The position numbers were made by a program, and so were the translations under genes. The notes under the pieces were generated by a model. That model did not search any database and was not told where the DNA came from. It saw only the letters and a program-made list of their open reading frames with translations. This document shows, in pieces, positions 59,080 to 64,000 of a DNA stretch of 64,000 nucleotides. This stretch comes from Octopus vulgaris. Taxonomy: Eukaryota. Numbering within the stretch: position 1 is the first letter of the stretch; each line of letters starts with the position of its first letter. The DNA is taken from the NCBI GenBank assembly GCA_951406725.2, contig OX597823.1, forward strand, positions 24,738,001 through 24,802,000. Reading direction: 5' to 3'.

Positions 59080-61297
59080 TGTATGTATGTATGTATGTAT
59101 ACAGATAGATAGATAAATAGATAGATAGACAGACAGACATTATTGGAGCAAAGTATGAGTGAACTTGAGATCAAGCAGAGAGAATGCAAATCCTTAATTC
59201 ATATGCTATAAATGATCATGATATCTTGGACTATAAAAATCTGCAAACCTTCTTAAGGTTTAAAGTTCCTTCACAACCTTGCTATCTTGTCAAAATCTAT
59301 TCTCAAATTAAAAGGAGAAGAAAATACACACACTCACACATACAAGGTATCCCCCCACACACACACACACCAAATGATTGATTATTAAGTTAGTATTTAT
59401 GAATAGAAATTAATAGAAAGGAATTTTTTTGTGTACAGTTATTTTCAAACTGAAGGCCATTTTGCCTAGGCACTATTGATAATGTGAAGTAATAAAATTG
59501 GAAACATAAGAAACATTTTGTTTGGTATGTGTCTATTTTTACACAACAGTTGTTTTTGGTTCATCGACTTCTGCTTGTTTTGTACCATAAATATTATTTT
59601 GTAAGCATCTGCATAAAAAAAACTGAGTGATGTAAGATTTGGAGACGGCAGAGTTTATTTTACAGAATCTCTTCTTCTTCCACTCCTCCAGTTCAGCCCC
59701 ACCTCATCAAGATTAGTCATTACTGTGATAGTCTGGGGGTGCTCTGTCTTCCTGGAAATAAAACTCCACATCTTCAAAATCCTCTTGAATGCTTGGCATG
59801 GTAGATAGTCATCGCAGGTTCAAGTAAATAAGATCGCTCACTGTACTATCAAAAAGAATGGTCTGGTTATTCAATTTGAATATAAGCTGTGCCATACTTT
59901 TAACTCCTGATAAATTAACGTGATGTTCCTCAGTAATATGTGGATTCTAAGGACCCCAGAAGGTTGACTGTGACAGCTGAGCCATTTAATTTAGATACAG
60001 CCTCATCACACTAAACAATCTTTCTTAGAATGTATGCACTTCCTATACATCTTGTCAAGTACACACACAAAACTCTGGGACTATAGAAATCTAAAGATTT
60101 AGAGGATAATGAATAAAACAAAATGCTTTCCCTTACAATCTTACTAGCAAGCAGGTGGCCAATCAAAGTGTATTCTAAATTAAAAAGAGAAAAAGAACAT
60201 GCATGCACGCACGTGCACATACACAGGCATACACACATACTTACATACATGCATACACACACACATACATACATGCATGCATGGTGGCTGCCCCCTCGTT
60301 ATCGAGTGTGGCCATTGCGCAAAGCTTAATCAATGTTGTTATCATGCAATGCCTGTGCAAGAAGATTTTTTTTAAAGTGAGGAAAGGCTGTGCACTGAGT
60401 CAGTCCCACTCACTAAGCAACAGCAGCCATAATCCAAAAAGAAGAACAAGTCAACAGCATCAGTAACCACTGAGCCACAGGTTTTATGTCAGAGTTATCC
60501 CAGTTACCTGAGTTACCTTCTCCTCGAAGGATGCCCTAACAAACGCTAGAAGTTCTTCACTCCCAATGGTTTAACCGCATGGTCGGGTATTCAGTCCAAT
60601 TATTTCTATGTCCCCACGCATGATACAGCCTTAAGACATTTATTGGATGGCCGTTGACTCTCAAGAGTTCCTCCACCCTTTGACGGGTTTTGTTTTTCAT
60701 CCCGCAGGGTGTCCAATAAACACCCTCCTCACCAAGCAAGCAAGCTTGGTGGGGTTGCCGGTTTAGTCGCTGACGACCCGACCATGCAACAGGTTGTACT
60801 GGGTTACATGTTACCAGTAGCACTCGAAAGTGACCTGACATACACATGCATGCATACATACATACATACATACATACATACATACATACACATACACACA
60901 TACATACATACATACATACACACACACACATACATACATATATACATACATACTTACATATATACATTTTTATATGTGTGCTTGCATCTAAGTATGTATT
61001 AGTATGCAGATGTCTTCAGACTGTTTCACTCAATATTTTCATTGTAACATTGTCATTATCTCCTTATTCTCACCCTCCCCCAAACATACTCTCACCATTG
61101 ACACCAGTTTCTCCTTTCAATTTCAGTTCACTCCAAAGTTAACTGTGGACCACCAAAAGACATTGTTGGTGCTGACAAGTCCTACAATAGCACCTCCTAT
61201 AATTCTGAAGTGACCTACACTTGTCCAGAAGGAGAACACTTTAAGTCAATATGTAAAAAGGATAATAAATGGTCTCCAGTAAATTCTTCATGTAAAG
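1252..61297 (+). CDS. Partial multi-exon gene (18 exons in window) encoding a large extracellular-type mosaic protein of tandem PAN/Apple and Sushi/CCP domains; 5' and 3' ends lie outside the window
   Basis: 18 exons with polypyrimidine tract + AG acceptors and GT donors. All are phase 1-1 with lengths 240/234/231/171 nt, all are open, and junction codons are sense (GTT, GAT, CCC, ATT, CCT, TCT, GCT, TCC). Cys spacing matches PAN (C-x3-C-x5-C-x11-C) and CCP (C..PP...Y..EVTYTC...C....W......C). That they form one transcript is inferred. Confidence 0.85.
1689..2945 (-). mobile_element. Degenerate DNA transposon, CMC/Chapaev3-like transposase remnant
   Basis: Minus-strand fragments [45 protein letters not shown] and [22 protein letters not shown], with frameshifts; terminus begins CAC. 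Family assignment is from motif recall. Confidence 0.55.
2952..3212. mobile_element. Short non-autonomous interspersed element (possibly Helentron-associated)
   Basis: gcaaatttcattgaatctatccagcagttcttgagatatc followed by acagacaaacaaacaaac and an imperfect terminal hairpin accttc..gaggt; abuts the Chapaev-like remnant. Confidence 0.35.
4110..4345. repeat. (AT)n microsatellite with a duplicated ~63-nt spacer unit
   Basis: Long TA runs separated by two copies of tggt(g/a)ctgtacatgtatataatgtgtgtg. Confidence 0.9.
4700..6150 (+). repeat. Segmental duplicate (S1 and flanking introns) of ~18320-19795
   Basis: Intron ~5120-6030 is nearly identical to ~18740-19650; this explains the twin ORFs 5450..5665 and 19073..19288. 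Confidence 0.92.
4853..5023 (+). CDS. Exon S1: short Sushi/CCP domain
   Basis: ccag|TT..AAAG|gtaaca, 171 nt; [56 protein letters not shown] (not in the ORF track; translated by hand). Confidence 0.88.
6314..6553 (+). CDS. Exon A1: PAN/Apple domain type A (Lys-rich)
   Basis: ctag|AT..AAAC|gtaatt, 240 nt; [79 protein letters not shown]. Confidence 0.88.
6584..7091 (-). mobile_element. Non-autonomous Helitron-like element inserted 30 nt downstream of exon A1
   Basis: On the minus strand it begins TCTACTATAAT and ends with a GC-rich imperfect hairpin then CTAG, inserted at A|T. It has an internal direct duplication. The paralogous position after A3 (cactggaatttt) lacks it. Confidence 0.55.
7355..7588 (+). 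CDS. Exon B2: PAN/Apple domain type B
   Basis: ctag|CC..AAAA|gtgagt, 234 nt; [77 protein letters not shown]. Confidence 0.85.
7850..8170. repeat. AT-rich inverted repeat (MITE/foldback-like)
   Basis: aaattataccatttagaaaaattacata...gtaatgtgcaaaataata (~7878-7968) is the reverse complement of tattattttgcacattac...tatgtaatttttctaaatggtataattt (~8018-8108); flanked by (TA)n. Confidence 0.75.
8225..9075. repeat. Compound (TA)n/(TG)n/(TATG)n low-complexity tract
   Basis: Direct inspection: (GT)n at ~8558-8598, (TATG)n at ~8968-9060. Confidence 0.9.
9750..10282 (-). mobile_element. Degenerate RTE-like LINE 3' fragment
   Basis: Minus-strand [22 protein letters not shown]; similar sequence at ~32600-33200 and ~50480-50950. 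Confidence 0.5.
11380..12100 (-). mobile_element. RTE-like LINE reverse transcriptase fragment
   Basis: [45 protein letters not shown]. Confidence 0.75.
12846..13085 (+). CDS. Exon A2: PAN/Apple domain type A
   Basis: ccag|TT..AAAC|gtaatt, 240 nt; [79 protein letters not shown]. Confidence 0.88.
13830..15080 (+). mobile_element. Highly decayed Penelope-like retroelement remnant
   Basis: Similar to ~21430-22350, which encodes a degenerate [19 protein letters not shown] motif resembling the Penelope KIFNRNTVKVSYSC region. Confidence 0.35.
16144..16377 (+). CDS. Exon B3: PAN/Apple domain type B (closest paralog of B1)
   Basis: ttag|CT..CCAG|gtcagt, 234 nt; [77 protein letters not shown] (translated by hand). 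Confidence 0.9.
16990..17255 (+). mobile_element. RTE-like LINE RT fragment (same family as 11380-12100)
   Basis: [51 protein letters not shown]. Confidence 0.75.
17256..18300 (-). mobile_element. RTE (BovB-like) LINE RT fragment, frameshifted
   Basis: [28 protein letters not shown]; [12 protein letters not shown]; LLFVDDATL; FIYLGCTIS. Confidence 0.85.
18480..18650 (+). CDS. Exon S2: short Sushi/CCP domain (paralog of S1)
   Basis: ccag|TT..AAAG|gtaaca, 171 nt; [56 protein letters not shown]. Confidence 0.88.
20757..20996 (+). CDS. Exon A3: PAN/Apple domain type A (paralog of A1)
   Basis: ctag|AT..AAAT|gtaatt, 240 nt; [79 protein letters not shown]. Confidence 0.88.
21430..22350 (+). mobile_element. 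Highly decayed Penelope-like retroelement remnant
   Basis: ORF 22128..22364 [33 protein letters not shown]; sits in the paralogous position to 13830-15080 (after a PAN-A exon). Confidence 0.4.
23780..25500 (-). mobile_element. Degenerate non-LTR retrotransposon, R4/Dong-like RT
   Basis: [20 protein letters not shown]; [14 protein letters not shown]; [13 protein letters not shown]; MEFGLKKC; [21 protein letters not shown] second fragment lies at ~40370-40770. Confidence 0.75.
25863..26096 (+). CDS. Exon B4: PAN/Apple domain type B (paralog of B2)
   Basis: ccag|CT..ACAG|gtcagt, 234 nt; [77 protein letters not shown]. Confidence 0.9.
27199..28020. repeat. Long inverted repeat (foldback), arms ~300-390 nt, spacer ~130 nt
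   Basis: gtgaaatgttttgtaaatatttccatagtcttcaaatagtctgtc (27200) pairs with gacagactatttgaagactatggaaatatttacaaaacatttcac (ends ~28019); inner pairs gacctaaaagtgacct/aggtcacttttaggtc and ggttggaattgttctaa/ttagaacaattccaacc. Confidence 0.9.
28367..28492. repeat. Near-perfect 62-bp-arm palindrome
   Basis: tatatgagtgcatctttttcctgattgatggtctcctaggcaactcatgtatatatttatat - ct - atataaatatatacatgagttgcctaggagaccattaatcagggaaaagatgcattcatata. Confidence 0.92.
28546..29665 (-). mobile_element. Degenerate mariner (Tc1/mariner) transposon
   Basis: Minus-strand remnants of LLQ(H)[20 protein letters not shown] and [10 protein letters not shown]; paralogous copy at 57817-58985. Confidence 0.75.
29670..30290 (-). 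mobile_element. SINE-like repeat with (TGA)n tail (family also at ~9345-9560, 10305-10620, 41120-41530, 46440-46690, 48740-49072, 52830-53270, 57300-57675, 61900-62056, 63972-64000)
   Basis: Shared core catcatcgtttaa.g.ccgctttccatgctagcatgggttggac...ctggatgcccttcctaac.ccaaccactcc in many copies on both strands. Confidence 0.8.
30300..32460 (+). repeat. Segmental duplicate (S3 and flanks) of ~60845-63150
   Basis: Colinear; the first ~560 nt after the exon differ at about 9 positions by hand count. This explains twin ORFs such as 31098..31292 and 61601..61861. Confidence 0.92.
30558..30728 (+). CDS. Exon S3: short Sushi/CCP domain
   Basis: tcag|TT..AAAG|gtaatg, 171 nt; [56 protein letters not shown]. 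Confidence 0.88.
33260..33430 (+). CDS. Exon S4: short Sushi/CCP domain
   Basis: tcag|CT..GAAG|gtaacg, 171 nt; [56 protein letters not shown]. Confidence 0.88.
35605..35702. repeat. (AT)n/(AGAT)n microsatellite
   Basis: Direct inspection. Confidence 0.9.
36030..38310 (-). mobile_element. RTE (BovB-like) LINE, 5'-truncated and frameshifted, including RT and 3' end
   Basis: ORFs 37278..38126, 36832..37251, 36280..36828 and 36066..36455: [57 protein letters not shown]-terminal [17 protein letters not shown]. Confidence 0.9.
38727..38966 (+). CDS. Exon A4: PAN/Apple domain type A
   Basis: ccag|TT..AAAT|gtaatt, 240 nt; [79 protein letters not shown]. Confidence 0.88.
40028..40258 (+). CDS. Exon B5: PAN/Apple domain type B
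   Basis: ccag|CT..CCAG|gtgagt, 231 nt (one codon shorter, frame kept); [76 protein letters not shown]. Confidence 0.9.
42700..44860 (+). mobile_element. L1/Tx1-like LINE RT remnant
   Basis: [64 protein letters not shown], and later GGLGMP; frameshifted. Confidence 0.85.
45237..45407 (+). CDS. Exon S5: short Sushi/CCP domain
   Basis: tcag|TT..AAAG|gtaaat, 171 nt; [56 protein letters not shown]. Confidence 0.88.
49340..49579 (+). CDS. Exon A5: PAN/Apple domain type A
   Basis: ccag|TT..AAAT|gtaatt, 240 nt; [79 protein letters not shown]. Confidence 0.88.
51660..52232 (+). mobile_element. Mariner transposase 3' fragment
   Basis: [16 protein letters not shown]; FHQNNVPAH; degenerate YSPDLAPSD. 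Confidence 0.7.
52351..52584 (+). CDS. Exon B6: PAN/Apple domain type B
   Basis: ctag|CC..CCAG|gtcagt, 234 nt; [77 protein letters not shown]. Confidence 0.9.
53290..54265 (+). mobile_element. Degenerate IS630/Tc1/mariner (maT/DD37D-like) transposon
   Basis: HTH region [14 protein letters not shown]; WFFLDEKNF; MVLGVVS; YVFQQDSA; [12 protein letters not shown]; internal stops. Confidence 0.75.
54316..54383 (+). pseudogene. tRNA-like sequence (tRNA pseudogene or SINE head)
   Basis: A-box TAGCTTAATGG, D-stem GCTT/AAGC, T-arm GTGAG-TTCGAGT-CTCAT, imperfect acceptor stem; the anticodon arm is too short for a functional tRNA. Confidence 0.45.
54735..55440. repeat. (CA)/(TA)/(TACA) low-complexity tract with an internal duplication
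   Basis: Direct inspection; tatatacaaataaaaacacatac occurs twice. Confidence 0.85.
55653..55799. repeat. Inverted repeat, ~48-nt arms and 48-nt loop
   Basis: cagataagccatctttccatattgcaaa..actttccacta pairs with tagtggaaagt..tttgcaatatggaaagatggcttatctg. Confidence 0.85.
56775..56945 (+). CDS. Exon S6: short Sushi/CCP domain
   Basis: tcag|TT..TACG|gtaaca, 171 nt; [56 protein letters not shown]. Confidence 0.86.
57817..58985 (-). mobile_element. Degenerate mariner transposon (paralog of 28546-29665)
   Basis: [22 protein letters not shown]; same terminus taccaga(c/t)tgagtcaaaa as the 28546 copy. Confidence 0.8.
61127..61297 (+). CDS. Exon S7: short Sushi/CCP domain (close paralog of S3)
   Basis: tcag|TT..AAAG|gtaatg, 171 nt; [56 protein letters not shown]. 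Confidence 0.88.
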
Positions 61298-63151
61298 GTA
61301 ATGTAAATAACTTCCTTTTTGTTGTCATTGTCAGGGTAATCTTATTTTATTTTTGTGCTAAATGTCTTTGCCAGAGGAAGTCAGCTGACTCTTTGACAAT
61401 TTATGCAGTGTTTGTAGCTGGTGGAAGAGACAAAGGAAGTTGTCCTCAGACCAGATACTTCCCAAAATGCTTGCAACAGAGTGGACATCATTAATTCTAT
61501 CCAAGGGTAAAGTATTAAATTGGGTGACAGATTAAGTCTCCCAACAGAAAATTTGAAATGTGATAGTCTGTTCCCTCCAGCAGATATCCATAGTTTCCAT
61601 TTACCAGATTTCATCCTTAATTCTGAAGCAAATTTTTAATAAACTTTTCACCACATAACTAATATTCCACCCAGGACCACAGTATTTTGAAGTATTGTTC
61701 TTAACCTCATAGTCATACTGAGGATGTCTATGTAGATCTCTTAATTTCCAACCTAACCTTTTTCCCTTGTACCATGTATCCTCATCCAAAACTCTGTGCA
61801 ATATAATGCTCCTAAGTCCTTCCTCACTAAAATTCAACAATCTTTTGAAATAGCCTTCCAATATTCTAACAATCCTTCTAATCCACCAACCTTAATTATC
61901 ATCATCATCATCATCATCGTTTAACGTCCGCTTTCTATGCTAGCATGGGTTGGACAGTTCGACTGGGGTCTGGGAATCCAGGAGGCTGCACCAGGCCCAG
62001 TCTGATTTGGCAGTGTTTCTACAGCTGGATGCCATTCCTAACGCCAACCACTCCGTGATTATAATAATTATAATAAATGCAATTAATATCAATGATGGGT
62101 TTCTTTTAATTTATTCACAAGACCAAAAATTTTTGATGGCAGGTGTTTAGTCTTTACGCTTGACTTCAGTACTTGACTGGTACTGAATTTTATCAATCCC
62201 CAAATGGATAACAGACAAAGTTGACCTTTTCTGGATTTGAACTCAGAAAATAAAAAGCTTGAATACATAATGCAACAGCTTCTTGTCAATGTTCTAACGA
62301 TTCTTTGAGTGAACAATTCTTAATAATAAAAATGATAATAACAATTATTAACATATAATTGCAGATGACATACATTTTAAAAGGGATGATGGTGATGGTG
62401 ATGGTGATGTCAATGACAGCAATAATGACAACAATGATGTCATTTACAATAATGATAATGATGCAATTCTACTGATACAGGAGTACTTCTCTCTAGGGCT
62501 TATAAAGTAATCCCATGGTCCAACATCACTATGTTCACTGAGTAGATATGTCCTCACCAATTGTCATCCTCTGATCTCCAACCTTATACAGATTTGTCCA
62601 AATAACTCTTGTAAATTTTGCCACTTACACACACTTTTCAATGAATTTACCCTTCCCACCTTCACTTTTATTTACAAGTGAAACTTTGCAAGATGATGAT
62701 TTAATAACCAAATATAAAAGTCACAGCTGTTTCTAGACATTTCAAACTTATCCGCCTCCAACTTACTTTTTTACAGCTTCATTAATATAACATCATAAAT
62801 TCTAGATCTATGATAGAATGCACTCAGTATATTCCATAATATGTTTAGTAAATGAGTACTGAGATCACAGTGTTGAGAAGAACTTTATTCTTGTCTTGAC
62901 CGCAATATGATGACAATTTATGAAATGCTGGTGCCATAATTAAATACACCTTATACACTCTGTAAAGTAGTTGGTGTTCAGAAAGGGATCCAGCCAAGAA
63001 AGTATGCCAAAATAAAACATACAAGTGAGAAGTGACCCTCAATTCTGACCAGAGTGTGAAGGGCAGTAACTTTGAATAAAAACTGACCCAGATGCTGTCC
63101 AGTCTTATCCAGCATCATGGAAAGTGGACATAAAATGATAATGACAATATA

Positions 63152-63969
63152 TCTATATATATAAAACTCAACTTGTGTGTGTGTGTGTCTGTGTGTTTAA
63201 CTTCCCAGCACATCTCCTCCTAGCCAACAAATCGTAGAACCACCAAAAATGGGTCACTTAAAGTTTAGGCGAATGAAAATTGAACTGTGCTATTTCTGTT
63301 CCGAAATTCATCTCACTAGTGCAAAAATCGATAATGTGCTTGTTTAGGCCTTATCCCATGCATTGAATAGTGAACTTTACTCACTCAGCTGTTTGACATG
63401 AACTGTGTTCATCACACGTGCAAGCATGCGTAAAATGCATGAAAAATAAAAAATCAAGATATAAAAACTAATCGCTGTAAACATTGTAGAAATTCGGCAA
63501 AGAAATGAATTTTCGGGATGTAGCCTGAAGGGTTTTTTCGTATTAATCGTTTGGACTTTGTGAACACATACCAATTGTTTTCATAACATTTTTAACGCTT
63601 TGAATTAAATGTGACCATTTTGCGTTGAGTCTGCAGTTTGAATCACTTTAACCAAATTTTAGCAGGCCGGATTTTTGATCATCATGATACATCACCAGCG
63701 ACTCCCTGAAACTCTCCTCTGAAATCCCCGTTGAGAAATACTGATCTAAAAGAATAATTCAACAATGCAATTATTTGATCAACAAAAATTTATGAAATGC
63801 TTCTACGTACTTCCTATTGAGGAAATGGAACACATAAGCGCAAAAAAGAGGGCATTAAATGCTTGATTTTAAAACAAAATAATTGAATTTTGATTGAACT
63901 TCATCCCAGTTTAGCTTAATTCGTGCGTGCATAGAATGCACGAGCGCACGAGCCGGGCAATACTGCTAG
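63152..63969 (+). mobile_element. Non-autonomous Helitron-like element
   Basis: Starts TCTATATATATAAAA after an A, ends with a GC-rich hairpin region (tcgtgcgtgcat..atgcacgagcgcacga) then CTAG before a T. The paralogous site at ~32455 is a plain (AT)n run. Confidence 0.6.
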
Positions 63970-64000
63970 TATCATCATCGTCGTTTAACGTCCGTTCTCC

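Noticed and set aside
1-64000. CRISPR arrays, operons or other prokaryotic systems
   Set aside because: The sequence has spliceosomal exon-intron structure and eukaryotic TEs; no regularly spaced repeat-spacer array was seen.

Overview
AT-rich eukaryotic genomic DNA. The SINE-like repeat families, (TGA)n-tailed elements, RTE LINEs and dense TA/TG/TACA microsatellites resemble an octopus (coleoid cephalopod) genome; this attribution is an inference. The window is the internal part of what reads as one large + strand gene, with no start exon, signal peptide or stop exon visible. I traced 18 intact AG..GT-bounded coding exons, each encoding one domain and each symmetrical phase 1-1. They fall into three classes: PAN/Apple type A (5 exons, 240 nt), PAN/Apple type B (6 exons, 234 or 231 nt) and a shortened Sushi/CCP module (7 exons, 171 nt). 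The order is B-S-A-B-A-B-S-A-B-S-S-A-B-S-A-B-S-S, giving 3798 coding nt (1266 codons) with no stops or frameshifts. The array grew by internal segmental duplication. Paralogous exons differ mostly at amino-acid-changing sites while some adjacent intron tracts are near identical, which suggests diversifying selection and/or gene conversion. Introns are filled with degenerate transposons (RTE, R4/Dong-like, Tx1/L1, Penelope-like, mariner/Tc1, Chapaev-like, Helitron-like, SINEs) and several long inverted repeats. Most short ORFs in the supplied track are microsatellite or transposon artefacts.
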